Notes under the pieces: model-generated
The model's database searches: none
Told to the model about the DNA's origin: nothing
The model's input: the letters and a program-made list of their open reading frames with translations, nothing else
Source of the DNA: Gordius albopunctatus
Lineage: Eukaryota
Direction of reading: 5' to 3'
Assembly: GCA_964276515.1 (NCBI GenBank)
Contig: OZ193909.1
Coordinates: 19,654,001-19,718,000 of the forward strand
Length of the DNA: 64,000 nt
Shown: piece after piece, positions 14,465-28,000 of the stretch
Position numbering within the stretch: position 1 is the first letter of the stretch
Layout: each line of letters opens with the position of its first letter
Position numbers and translations under genes: made by a program

Positions 14465-14760
14465 AAAACAAGACTTTTTTCCATGGATAAATTATCGGGA
14501 ATTATCGAGGGTGTTAAAAATAAATTATAAATATTATAATGATATTTCGTCCTATTTAAGGATATCGTCGGATTAAGGTAAAATTAAAAAATAAATAATA
14601 TAATACAATTATAATTTTACTTTAATCTGACGATTTCCTTAAATAGGACGAAATATCATTATAATATTTATAATTTATTTTTCACACCCTCGACAATTCC
14701 CGATAATTTATCCATGAAAAACATCGAATATGAGGGTAGAAATCTTCTAAAACAAGACTT
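14465..14760. mobile_element. Fold-back (palindromic) MITE-like element flanked by a 12-bp direct repeat
   Basis: Arms of about 110 bp (CATGGATAAATTATCGGGAATT... / ...AATTCCCGATAATTTATCCATG); AAAACAAGACTT at 14465-14476 and 14749-14760. Relatives at about 54106-54256 and 43240-43880. Confidence 0.75.
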
Positions 14761-15596
14761 GCTTATTCTCTACTCAACTATAAGAGGGAATTATTTTATA
14801 AGATTAGCACCTAGTGTCATCATCATTAAATTAAATGTATTTCATGCCTATTTACAGGTTTATAAACTTTTACTAGGCGCATAAAAAAGTCTTTATACCA
14901 TATATATGCATTTTAAATTATGACTGATTTTAATAATATTTAACTCAAATAATGGAAGTTGTATAACTATAAAATAATAACACAATATAGCCTTTATTGT
15001 ACTCAAAGATTGCATAAGAGCATAATTTTGGGACGCCTTCTATGCACAAAGTTAAGATGATGCAGAAGAACACTATTTACGAAGGGTAGGAACCGCGAAA
15101 TGAATAATAATAACTCTAATTTATATGCCGTATATATTTAGCCAAATTAGTCTCTAATTAAAAAATTTCTCTAGATGACATATTAATTGGAGCTATTCGC
15201 GGTTACCATCCGTCTTAAATCGGGTTCTTCATAATTTGCCTAGACCTAAATCGTTATAAATCCTTATTTCAATATAAACATTAAAAATGTTAAGACTGCT
15301 CGTCACAAAATGTTTAGCATCTTCATACCAAAATTTAAAATGTTTTATTCCGTTAGGTTTTACAGGTTATATTCAGCTATTAAAGTAAGTTAGGCTGCCA
15401 ATGTTTTATTGTTACTTAGATTAAAATAGGTAAATTAACGCGTATTGCATTGTATGCTTCGTATATTATATAACACATTGTAAACACTAAGTAATCATTA
15501 TGGTAAATAAGGCTTCGTACGCTGGATAATGTTTGCACAGCTCTTTTCTAACTAATAGAATGTTAAATCGATTGAGAATATGCGTATAGAGAATGG

Positions 15597-16817
15597 CTAT
15601 AAAAATTCGTATTTATCCAAGTTGGGAAAATTCGAAGAGAAGCATTGAGGTTCGTTGTTAAAATACTGACTTATTATATCACTACTTGATCGCTTGTTTC
15701 GCAGCATGTTACATCTGCTGTTATTTAACATCGTACCCATCTCTGAATCGGAATTTTTTGTCCCATTATTTATATAATTGTTTATGTCGAAGCGTTCCAA
15801 TATGGCGCGTTTCGTATCTTCTCCCCAAAGCACAGTGCTCATGCTATGTTTACCGTGATAAGGATTCTGCGCTTTCGTAGATTCACGTTTTTTCCGCTTT
15901 AAGCCTTCTGACCGCGATTTTTTGCTCGGCTTAATAACTACATCCGTCCCGGGGTATGCTAAGAAAGGCGGTTGTAGTGCGGCTAACGGCGTACCCGTCC
16001 GACTGGCATGCGATCCTCCCGAATGCGATCCTGATAGTTGGTAAAGTAAGGGTGTCTTACTTTGCAACGATCCCGAGCCACAAGTACTATCGGTATCGCA
16101 ATAAGATGAGCCACCACGCCTCCAACCATTCATACGAGGCGATATGTTGGCTATAAAATAGGTGTCGTCATCGGGATCATAAGCGGAGCTGTTGTCGGCT
16201 GCCTGTAGCCTTTCGCAGGATGCTCGGGTGGCTGTTTTACGTTGTTGGCGGGTGTTATGCTTTAGCTCGACTATGACAGAAGAACTGGGCGATAATTCTC
16301 GACTACCAACTGACTTATTCTGACTGCATTTCCGATGGTGATATTTGTGAGGTTGTGACATTATAGGCGATCGGGCACCCCTAAATTCGCAGGGTAGAGC
16401 GTTGACGAATGTTAGACTACGTTGCGATAACTTAGAACTCGGCGATTGTAGGGCTTGTCGAGTGGAATTGCTACGTGTCATGATGTCTTCACCATTCACC
16501 TTACCTTTTACTTTGTTATTACCCTCATGCTTCTTAGGTTCATTACCAACTGACCCTGTTTCTTTTTCTGTGTCATTCCCCTCTTTTTTAATGATGTAGG
16601 CCACGCTGGCCACTATAGCTGATATCGTCAGCATGAGACCTAGTATTATAAATACGAATACGAAGGATTTTGTACTTGTCGAATTAGTCTCCCCATATAT
16701 ATACATCGTGGGTTGAGGTACGGTAAAGAATGTTTTGATGGGAGTGGAAGCAGTTACATTCATAGCTTCCACCGTCGTAGTTGCGTCTGTTTGGGTTTTG
16801 CCTGGAGGCCTTATCAT
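15597..16817 (-). CDS. Orphan single-pass membrane protein, 406 aa, intronless
   Basis: 1.2-kb uninterrupted ORF in a GC-enriched island. Thr-rich N-terminus with NVT/NST sequons, one hydrophobic segment (FVFVFIILGLMLTISAIVASVAYII) followed by KK, then a long Ser/Arg/Lys-rich low-complexity tail. No recognised family. Confidence 0.7.
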   Translation of the reverse strand: MIRPPGKTQTDATTTVEAMNVTASTPIKTFFTVPQPTMYIYGETNSTSTKSFVFVFIILGLMLTISAIVASVAYIIKKEGNDTEKETGSVGNEPKKHEGNNKVKGKVNGEDIMTRSNSTRQALQSPSSKLSQRSLTFVNALPCEFRGARSPIMSQPHKYHHRKCSQNKSVGSRELSPSSSVIVELKHNTRQQRKTATRASCERLQAADNSSAYDPDDDTYFIANISPRMNGWRRGGSSYCDTDSTCGSGSLQSKTPLLYQLSGSHSGGSHASRTGTPLAALQPPFLAYPGTDVVIKPSKKSRSEGLKRKKRESTKAQNPYHGKHSMSTVLWGEDTKRAILERFDINNYINNGTKNSDSEMGTMLNNSRCNMLRNKRSSSDIISQYFNNEPQCFSSNFPNLDKYEFL

Positions 16818-18160
16818 TTTTTACTCTCCAAAATGATGATTAAAACATGAATGCCATATATCCGAATGATGAAATATATAAAATAAATTAACTAACAAAG
16901 AGGTCTTTGTATGTATGCTGCGCCTCCCGATGGAGTAGCATGAAGAAATTCAGTCCAAAGGAAAATTAGGATGGATGGACAAAAGAGGACTACTGGAATA
17001 ATTTATTGATAACATACGTATCGCTATTTAATAGATCCATCTCGCGAACCGTCCACTCTATTATAGGAATCACATAAGGGGGAGGGCAGTGAGGAAGGTG
17101 GGATTGGAGAGGAATGAATTACGATTTATTGGAATGCAGGGATGGGAAGGGGACGGGGTGCCACTTGATTTGGTAAATTGAAATACGGCCTGTTATTAAA
17201 ATGTACATATATTAAATATGATGGAAAGGCGGTAACGGAGACATAACTAATTCTCGGACCGTTACTCAGAGGTAGGCTGAGAAGTAAAAGTATGATTTCT
17301 AGTTATGCGCGATATTGTTTAAAATTATTGATGAAGGTCATCTTCCAACTTAATGTATGCATCGAAATTAAATGGCTACGCCCGGTCTCTCTCCCTCTCT
17401 ATCTCCCACATTCTTATTAAGAACCACCGAAGTGGACTGATTGAACGGATTGTAAAATTGAAATGGTCTTTAAAGGGGAGGGATAGAGTTTATATTTCAA
17501 ATTTTAAATTTAAAGCCGTATTGAGAGGACAGGTATAAATTTTGGCGAACAGACCTTTGGCAATAGCGACAGCTAAATAGGCGGTAGAGGTTTAATAAAT
17601 CATTATTATATTTGGCACTGAATGATTTTCAGGGTAAAATTGATAAGATCACTACTTCTTTATCTCCTCCCTCCTCGACAAATTGACTAATTGAATTGGC
17701 ACGGCTCAGCGTTGGTTAGACCTAATCCAAGGAGCTGTTAAAAGAGAAAAATTATAAAAATAATTTATTGACCTAACCACTTTAAACATCGTACGATAAA
17801 ATTTTTTGGCCTGTTTGTTTTAATGTTATAATATATTTTTAGATGACAAATTATGATTTTTAACAGGAGATGTATGGAATGGATATTTTATAGTTTTTAT
17901 TTCATTTAATGAGAAGCCTAATTTAAATTAAATTAAAAATACTTCCGATTCGCGACTATTGGCAAAACTTTGTTTTCTCAAGGCTGAGCCTTTATTAGTT
18001 GATTCTCGAAAGCTTTTAACAAAGTTTACGCTTTATAATTTAATTATAGCAATGGCACGGAAATTTTCATTTATAAAGCAATGATCAGAATTATACCAGG
18101 ATGCTTACCTATATCTAGAATTGAAATAGTTTTGTGTAAGAAATTGTTAATACAAAAAAT

Positions 18161-18333
18161 CATTGGCGTAGCCAAAGGGGGGGGCAAAGAGGGGCGGCTG
18201 CCCCCCTCTAAATCCCAAAAAATTGTTGAAATTTATTAAAATTATGGGGCTAAAATTTCAAAGAATTTTTTATTTTGCCCCTTTCTAAATCATTATTGCC
18301 CCCCATCTAATCCCAATGCTGACTATGCCCATG
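18161..18333. mobile_element. hAT-type MITE family 'CATGGGCGTAGCC' (about 170 bp, more than a dozen copies in the window)
   Basis: TIR CATGGGCGTAGCC/GGCTACGCCCATG with G- and C-run subtermini. Other copies at about 12881, 13659, 20673, 26991-27111, 32953-33119, 38783-38956, 41180-41291, 48167-48288, 49620-49802, 51617-51751, 53846, 55402-55576, 58694-58858. 8-bp TSDs: TATAACTT (58686/58859, perfect), ATTTTGTT/ATTTTATT (38775/38957), AGCGAGAG/AGCGAGCG (51609/51752). Confidence 0.88.
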
Positions 18334-18846
18334 TAAAAATATTAAAAACATAAGTTGGCTTAATATAATCTTATATAATATATATTAAAAACCGTGGAAA
18401 AAAATCATTAGTAAGGCCAAATATTATTTATTAGTATTGTATGTAAAGCAAAAGTACTTTTATAGATATCCATTTCCTGCTTATAGGTTATATAATATAT
18501 ATTTAATATGGAATGAGATATAATTTTTATTTCACAAATAAAATAGTGAAAATATTTTTTTGCTTTTATCCTAATGGCACTGACTTATAACTTCCGGTTA
18601 CCAGTGGCAGCCATATTTAATAATTTTCCCTTTTTTGTTCAGCCAATTGACTTCGCATTTCATCAAATGGTCGCTAAAAGATAAAAATCTAATTTACTTT
18701 GGTTAAAATAAAGAGAAATTTTTTATCACTTTTTGACAACTTTATATTGATTAAATTTGAGAAGGAGAGGGAATGACAATCGCTATAAATAAATATCACT
18801 AAATTGATCTTGATAAATGAAAAATAAATGATGCGTTTAAACTAAT

Positions 18847-19152
<306 letters not shown>

Positions 19153-19772
19153 TTTAAATTTAATTTAAAGACTTACTGTTATATTTCGCAGAATTCGATA
19201 GATAGATATATATATGTAAACGTTAAATATCTACAAATATAGGGAGAAATGACAAAAATCATCCTAAAATGATATAGATGTAAATCAATAAAACTTGTTT
19301 GATTATAACAAAAAAATTATTATTCCCAATAAAATTTACATACTACCGTGCCTTCACACTCCACTTCATGATTTACTCTTTTGTCCAATAGTTATAGCAT
19401 TTGTATGTTTCGAATTTATAGATTTTTTTGTGATTTTTAACTATTTAGTCATTGTTCAATCCTAAAACGCACAAATATATTAAGCTTACGCTCCTAAAAT
19501 TAGGCCATTTTAAGAGGGGCTCCCCCCCCCCCCGAATTAATTTTATGCATTGAAGTGTGTTTTTTTAAATTTTAGATCAAAATTTAATTTATCTAGCCGT
19601 GTTTTCATATACGTAAAAGATAGAAAAACAAAACTAAAAATAAACAAAGTGAAAGAAAAACGCAAAAAATTGTTATTCTACTTTAATTCATCATACTATC
19701 TTACTCCTCCGCTTTTATATATTTCTAGAGTCATATTGATGATAAGGAATTGATGTCTCCATCCTATAAAAC

Positions 19773-20633
19773 TAGTGCTGTAAACATTTGTAAAAAAATC
19801 GAAAGCGTTCGCGTTCAACGTTCATTGACAAAAATCGAACGCGTTCACGTTCACGTTCGTTCAAAATTTTATGACAAATTTTTTTAAAGTTTAATTTAAT
19901 ATAAATAAATGTCTTATATTTTTTAATACAATAAATAGCCATGATAAAAAATAATAGTTTTATTTCGACAATATAATTATAAATCAATATAATCTATTTT
20001 CTTATTTATTTTTAATAATAATTGTTTTTCAAAATTGTCTTCTGATAAGCAGGAACGCTTGCCAGTTAATACAGCATTAGATATACTAAAAACCTGCTCC
20101 ACAGGGGCAGATGAGTGGATTGGAGTATTAATTTTATACTTAATAAACAAATTTATTAAAGGAGGAAATTTATTTAAAAACATTTAATTTTTTGTCCCTC
20201 GCTTCAAAAAATTGCGACAAGATATCATCCTCCAATCCGCCCTCTACTTCCTCGTCAAAAAATGATATATCGGAATTGACAGCTATTTCATTATAAATTC
20301 TAGGGGTTTCAATCCCTTTTTTCAATAACACTAAAAGTTTATTCTTTATAGGTTCATTTTAATTATTGAATTGGATCTTTTATATGAAACGAGTGAAAAA
20401 TATTTTTTATATTTTGGCCATGTCAATTTCAATTCATCTGCTGATTTTGAATATTCAGAATCTGAAGATGACGACGATATTATATTATGATTGTCCTTTA
20501 AAATGAACGAACGTTAAATTCGAACGCGTTCATCCAAAAAGGAACGCGTTCACGTTCAAAGTTCACCAAAAAATAAAAGAACGCCGTTCATGAACGCGTT
20601 CATAAAATTTGAACGCGTTCATTTACAGCACTA
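19773..20633 (-). mobile_element. Internally deleted hAT transposon
   Basis: TIR TAGTGCTGTAAA/TTTACAGCACTA, perfect 8-bp TSD TATAAAAC (19765-19772, 20634-20641), subterminal GAACGCGTTC palindromes, and a hAT C-terminal dimerisation remnant SSAPVEQVFS...KRSCLSEDNFEKQLLLK (19977-20183). Confidence 0.9.
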
Positions 20634-22788
20634 TATAAAACCTACGAAAAAATAGGAGACTTTATTATTCCCCATTGGCGTAGCTATGGAGGGGGGGGCA
20701 AGAAGGGGCGGTTGCCCCCCTCTAAATCTCAAAAATTTGTTGAAATTTATTAAAATTATGGCTCCCTAAATTATTATTAACCCTATTCTAATTCCAACGC
20801 TGGCTACGCTCACGGGAGAGGGGATGGATGTTGTCGGGGCTGTCAAAATTTGCCTGGGCTAGGCGAGTAAGGCTAACAATTAATCGCCAACAAAGTAAAT
20901 AAAACTTTTTAAGAATATATTTTATATACAAAAAATGAAGGGCAAAATGATAATTTTTTGAAATTTTAGCCATAATTTTAATTAATTTAAACAAATTTTT
21001 GGGATTTAGAGGGGGGCAACCGCCCTCTTTGCTAAGCCCGTCACTATGGACCTATTTGATAGTCAAACAAAGTTCTAGGATGGTCTGTCTCCTTCAAAGT
21101 ATAGGTAATAGCTTTAGTAACTAGTTACAAATCCAAGCAATTATTACCATTCCAGCGCAAAGCAAATTAAATTGACAAAAACCATTATAGCTAATATGGC
21201 TAAACTATAATTTCTATTACACAATTTTCTTATATCTATCAAGGCTGGGACGGCCATGACCTAATTGCTTTAATAAAATCAAGTAATGACTTAAAACAGT
21301 GTGGAAATGAGAAATGTTCATATAATAAAAGCATGTTTTAAAAAATGATCATATTGCCCATCCTCTAATCCCAATGCTGGCTATGCCCATGCATGACATA
21401 AGTCAATTTAATGTGTTAAATTTGTGTTTTTCAAGTACCACTCAATCATATATTTGGGGTTAGACATTACAAATGAAATGAAATAGATCAAAACCTATTT
21501 GTTTTTAATATAAAAGCTTATATAAACTCAAATACTGTTTTTTGATGATTTTTTAATCTTAAGTGTATACGTTTCGATTTTATTTATTCTTGATTCGCAT
21601 AGTCAATTATTTTACAGAACGGCACTTAATTTTCATGTTAATAATGAAATACAAATTATACTAGTTGTTTCTCCCAAATCAGGACTTCAATTTAATTATA
21701 AAATTAATACTCCTTAAACTAATTTTTAATGTTTTTATTTAAGATCACTTGATCCATTGTTATATTTTTTATATTAATATAACATCTTCAGACAAAAAAT
21801 CATCAAAGATATTGCACCTTTTAAAGTTAAGCATGTTGAAATATGAAGGTGCGCAGGAAAATTTACGCAAATAAACACTTTGAAATACCAGTGGAAAAAT
21901 AAATCTATTAAATTGTAAGTTTAAAATATAAATATCTCGAATAAAGGGAAATGTATATAAAAAATGTCTTCATAAATAGGTTGAGAAAAGTTGTTTGCGA
22001 TAACAATTTATTTGGTTTTATATTGTAGAACGTGTTCATCTAAACACTTTTTATCTTAAAAACTATTTAATAAAAACAAGCCAAATTTTGCAAAGATGGA
22101 TAAATTTTATAAAGCTACTAAAATAATCAAACCATAAAAATAACTAACTTGGTTTGTACAGTATTTTTTGTCTTCTTGGGGTCACCATGACCCCACCTAA
22201 CCTACGGAGTATTTATTGCTTTAGACAATACAGGACCATACAAGCATCTGTGGGCTCAAAAACAATGTCTTAATAGCAAAAATAATGGTCATTGAATTTG
22301 AAGAATTTATGGTTTTACGGAATACTTTAAGGAGCCCCGAATTAATTATTATCTGATCCATTAGTTACCGCCATTATTTTGAATTTTTCTCTACTTTTAC
22401 TTCTTGTATCTCCTCCCGCACACTAGTGGGAGAGAATAAGGTGATCAATCATGTCTTTTTAAAGAAAACGCTCTTTTTCTTTACTTAATAAGGAGAGAGA
22501 AAGAGCGTTCTTTTGTCTCTCCTACTAATATGCAAGAAGGAGTTAAGATGTGCCAAAGTAAAGAAAAACGCTGTAAGTTATTTTTCTAGATGTTTAAATA
22601 AAATGTTATTAGAGTATGAAATTAGTTAGCTTAAAGGTGATTTAAAACATGTCAAATCAAAAAACTTAGAAAGATAAAGAGCAGATTATACTAATAATTT
22701 TTGAAGTCCAATCCTGCTTTTGAACAGCACCTATATTTTGTTAAAAATCTGATTTAAAGTTAATCCTAAGCTCTAACATGGTCATGGT

Positions 22789-23695
22789 TGAACCCGCATT
22801 TCGGGGAGCCGTAACGGCGTCTTGGTTTGTTAAAATTATGACACCTCTACATAGACAACAACAACGTCTGCCGAACGCCCAACCACTGTTCTGCGCATAG
22901 CCCTAATCACAAAAACCATCTCAACATCAACACCACATGGCCTCGTGTTACGAGCAAAGACTACGTTCGGCAAAACGATAACACCTACTACCAACGTTCT
23001 AACCACCGCTTACCGGTTTAGTTGATTACCGATTGCAATTCCAATATAGATACCTCTACCCGCGACATGTATCTTATTAATATATTGGATAGCACCACAA
23101 CAACACACACACAACTCACACCTCGGCCACTTCACTAACAACCACGGTAGTCGGAAAAAAACTGGCTGGTAGTACGAAACGAACATCACTTGCACCTCCC
23201 TTACATCAAACAAAAAAATTGTTAATTTGGTATGTACTCAATTTATACGCAGCGGAATATTTGTTGCATCTATAATATTTAATTGATTGCTCGCGGCATA
23301 TTTCTTAACTCTACTTCGAAACTTAATTGACTCATTTACATTACCTTAGACTCGCGACGTTAAATGACTCATTTACATTACCTTACTACTTCGCGACGCT
23401 AATTGACCTATCACATATAGCTCCTAGATTCACCACTAAATGTTAATTGTTTAAATGTATTTCAATTAATTCGCGAGTATATAAAGACGGGTAAAATACG
23501 TCTTTATTACTTACTTATTTACAAACTTACTTACGAACTCTTTTCTTTTCCCTCACTTTATTATATACCTTTAATAAAGAGTTCAAACATTACGATAGAG
23601 GCAGTAATTAGCTTAATTGAAAGAAGTTAAAGCCACTTTTATTATTCATATTATATCATGAATTAGAGACTCTCATCGCCCTATTTCTCCTTACA
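22789..23695 (+). mobile_element. 3' fragment plus LTR of a related gypsy element
   Basis: Shares AAAAAATT(T)GTTAATTT and CAGCGGAATATT-TGTTGC junction, CTCATTTACATTACCTTACTACTTCGCGACG, CACCACTAAA and TTC(A/G)CGAGTATATAAA blocks with the 9961 LTR. LTR starts at 23262; both outer boundaries are approximate. Confidence 0.8.
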
Positions 23696-23899
23696 AACTA
23701 CTTTAAGAATGCTCAACGATAGGCATATCTTGAAATTATAATCAGCCTATTGTCAGGGATGAGATAGTAATACCTGTAAAATTAAGAATATATTTAGAGC
23801 GTATTTTTAATATCAAGACCTTATAATATTTTCAACGAGTTTCAAGAGACTTTTTTAAATAATATATTTTTATTAAATGAAACTATAAACAACTATAAA

Positions 23900-24990
23900 A
23901 ATCATATGCGAGGTAAACATTCGAAAATTGAGATAGCGTTGAAATTACAAATAATGATTCCGATTTTCTATTTAATGAAAAAGTTTCCCTATTGTCAAGG
24001 GTATTGGCAGCTATACGGCGTCTCAATTCTTTCAGAATGGCTTGGGTCTTGGGAACTATTGTTGTAAGGGTAGTGGTCACTATAGGGAGAAAAGCAGTGA
24101 GGAATTAAGTTCTGCGTATTTGGCGGACTTTAATCTTTCAGAATACACAGGGGGACTTTGTTTTGGTTTGAGGGAGCAAAGGCATCCGGACAAGTGTAGT
24201 CCCAAGCTAGGCATAGCCATTTTGCCCATGGGATGAGGGTCTGTCCATCAGGTCTCTTCTTGTGGCTAAGGCAAAAACCATTAGACTTCAATTGGGAAGG
24301 AAAGCCCGCCTTTTTGAATGTCTTCCGTAGGAGAGCATTAACAGATGTGTGCCGTAGAAATCTGGCCTTATTAAATTTGCAATGCAGGCCGTGGTGACCT
24401 TTTGTACCAAGGGATAAGCCACATAAAGAGCCCTGTTGCAATCCTAAACTCGTTGTTGGATAGGTGAAGGTCATTAGTCCGACTTGGGATGGCCTCTAAC
24501 TACTCGTGGCCGGACCTTGATGCAAAACTTCTTAATGCTGGTAACTCCTCCAACGATGCGCCCTATATAAGAGTTTTAAGGGCATGGTCGTAGAGAGGAG
24601 TGTTTTAACTTTTTTGAGAGTTTATGGTAGGGAATCGAGTGTTATGGTCGCACAAAGAACCCCACATGTCGTGAGCGATTTGAGTGCAGGGATCTGGTTG
24701 ATCGATTTTTTTTGTCGATGATTGGTTTGGCTGAAAGTCGACGCGAGATGAAGGTCGACTAAGCTACTAGAGAGGGTGATCTCAGGCCCAAACCACCATA
24801 TTTTGTGGGGAGACACGGACCCAGTAAAAGAAAGGTTTGTGATTTCCTCGACAACATCTTTGAGTTTTTGGTCGAATAAAGATAGAGCATTAAGATTTAA
24901 AAATGAGGTGGATGACGTGAAGATATGATTTATCTTAGGTAAAGAATAGCCGTTTAATTAAAAGAAAGCCTGGTGGGCTGGCATGTAAAA
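23900..24990 (-). mobile_element. Decayed CRE-like (RLE-endonuclease) non-LTR retrotransposon, 3' part
   Basis: Frame-broken peptides AHQAFF..YSLPKINH..FDQKLKDVVEEITN, LPTKYGGLGLR, HGLHC...RHTSVN...KRPDGQTLIPW...LAWDYTCPD match the zinc knuckle plus PD..D restriction-like endonuclease of CRE-clade elements. Confidence 0.78.
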
Positions 24991-25046
24991 AAGGAGGGGT
25001 TCTTAATGTCGAAGTCTAAATGTAATTAATTGTTAGTTTATTCAAG

Positions 25047-28000
25047 ATGGTATGCCTGAATATTTTTAAAATTTATTTTTATAAAGTTTAGGCGAAATAT
25101 AAGACTGAGAAGGGAATATCTTTATCGAAAATCAATTGATAATAAAATACAATCAATTAAAGAAAAGAAAGCAAAACTTAAAGCATGCATTGAAGAAAAT
25201 CATGTTATTGATTCAGATATCAAAAATCAAGCTCTAAATTTAGAAAAGTCTTTACAATGGGAAAATGAAAACATAAAAAGTAGGCTTATCTTAATAATAA
25301 AATTACTGTAATTGTTTTAATAAATATGAACTTTACATATTTATTTAAAAATCAATATCTTTAGAATGTAGAATTATTAAATTAAATATTTTAACATTTA
25401 TATGGTTCAACATTATATATATTTGTAATATTTTTATATGAGTAAATTTATATAAACTTCCATGAGTATTCGTGGGGTAGACTTTTGAGTAATAATAGAT
25501 TCAAACATGGCAAGTTTATCTTTAAAAACATGTCTAAAGCCCACTTAATCCATGTTCTTTTTTGATCAGCTTTAAAAATTTATAATAAATTGCATTTATG
25601 CAACCAAATTTTCTTCTGGTTTTCTATTTTAAACATATGTTTGATTATTTTATATAATTATAATGAATAATGTATGCTAGGATTTAAATTTTTATTTTCA
25701 GGTAATATATAAATTAATATGGCACAATAAACTTTAAAATTATTAGGAAATAAAATATTTTTTAAAATATAATAAATATTAATATTTTCCAATGTCATAA
25801 TGAAAAATATAGATAATTTTATTTAGCAAATAATTTTGAAATTAGTAATAAAATTCAGCATGTCTGTTATAAGCATAACTATTATTTTTTATCTTCTAAC
25901 TCAAGGAATATTTATGTGCCATTTAGGTGTCTGCTTATGATCTGTTTATTATTTCTCAAGGTGTAGATATTGATGATGAGTATCGGTTTGCAGGAGTTGA
26001 GGATCCTAAGATTGTCATAACTACTTCAAGAGATCCTAGCTCCAAACTAAAACAATTTACCAAAGTAATATTAATTGCAATTCAGCGTAATTATTAAAGT
26101 TAAATATAAATTTGTAAAATATTCAAAAGTTACTTAATTTTTGTAAGTAGCTTTGTTATTTTTTGATAATTTTTCTCCAAATTGACATAGAAATAGAGAA
26201 TTTTAATTTTTGAATATTATTAAAATTCATTTTTGATGTGAAATTTTATTAAGTAGCTAAAACATAATTATATTTTGGTGTTATTAATGCGCAAAGGAAC
26301 TAAAACTTTTATTTCCCAACTCTCAACGAATAAATCGAGGTCATTACGAGCTGAAAAATTTGTTAGATGCTTGCAAGGAGAACCAAGTGACAGATTTTAT
26401 ATTAGTTCATGAGACCCGTGGACAGCCAGGTACCATTTCGCCTTTTTACCAAACTTTATTTGCAAACTACAACCAAAATATTCAAATAAGATTTTGGAAT
26501 GATAATGACTTTTCACACAATCTATACTATAACATATTTTAATTTATACGACATTTTGAAGACATACAACTGAATCATATGTTTATTTTCATTTAAGCAA
26601 CTTTTAAACACTAACTAATCATTTATTTTGTTTTTAAAAATACATATTTTGTATAAATAAATAAATAAAAAGTTAAGAACTATAAATATTTCTAATTATA
26701 TTTACAGATGGTAATGCTTATTTTATGTCTTATAAAAAACGATTTGCAATTATTATGGGATAGTAAAGAAATCTGTTTCCCTATTTTTTAAAATAATTTC
26801 AAAGGCTGGGGCCAAAGTTTATAAGAGTGGTTCTTGGAATGGGACAAAAAAAGTATTTAAACACATTTGCGATGATCTTTAAACAGAGATCTAGTCAATA
26901 AGAGTTTTAATACTTTACATCTTATTTAGATATTAAATCTACTAGCTTTACCTATATGACCATGTTTTTCACAATCCTAAATTTTATGAATATGGGCATT
27001 ACCAGCATTGGAATCGGTTTTGGAATAGTAGCCATAATTTTAATGATTTTTTGGATTTAGAGGAGGGGGCAGCCGCCCCTTCCTGCCTTCCCCCCCCCGG
27101 CGACGCCCATACTTATGATCATTATGTTTGTTATTTACACCAGACAACGTACAAATATGTCACCTACCCTTCGGTCCCACGGCATACTTCAACTTGTCAA
27201 ACGTGGTTATGAGGCACGATATTCCCAACATGGCCCCCATGTCGGAGGCCTATCCCCACCTCGTATTTCACAATTTTAAAAGTGTCCTGGGCAAGCGGGT
27301 GACAACCATTCTCCAACATTTATTTCCCGTTCCCAAGGAAGATAGCAAAAGGATCGTTACTTTCTACAACCAAAACGACTACATTTCCTTCAGGTAGTGT
27401 TTTGTAAAAACGGCTGAACTGACCATTGGTCTAAGTCGCATGAACAGACCAATGACTTTTTGGTGTCAAACCTTTGGTCTGGTTATGTATGTTGGACATT
27501 ATCAAAGGTTGACCAAGCAAAATCCAGTCGTTTGGTCAACACTGCCTTCACGTCTTTCGCCTTTGTTATTGAGTTTGTTTTGCTTTTTACCTAATTTTTA
27601 GTATGCCATAATTCTTAGGACAATATAAATTTATGAAGGAATCATGTGTGTTAATTTTGCTCCTTTTTTGCCTTTTAGACATCACGTGTACACGAGGAAC
27701 GAAGGCGTCGTGCAATTGAACGAGGTCGGGCCGCGCTTCGAAATGAAATGTAGGTTTCAATTTGTCTTTTTTCTTTCAAGTATGTGTTGTATGTTAGTAT
27801 TGTAAAAAGGGGTGGGTCTAGTTTAGCCGACCTCTACGCTTAGCCGAAATTTGAATGCGGACCAGAACCCATTCTTAGTCTTAGTTAAATCACAGGTCGA
27901 CGGAGCAAAACCCACCCGTTCGGAGTGTTTGTACATTTTCAGCTAATTCATCGTTCAATTCGACGATTTTTTGCGCGCTTTTAAATGCGTTTTACAAAGT

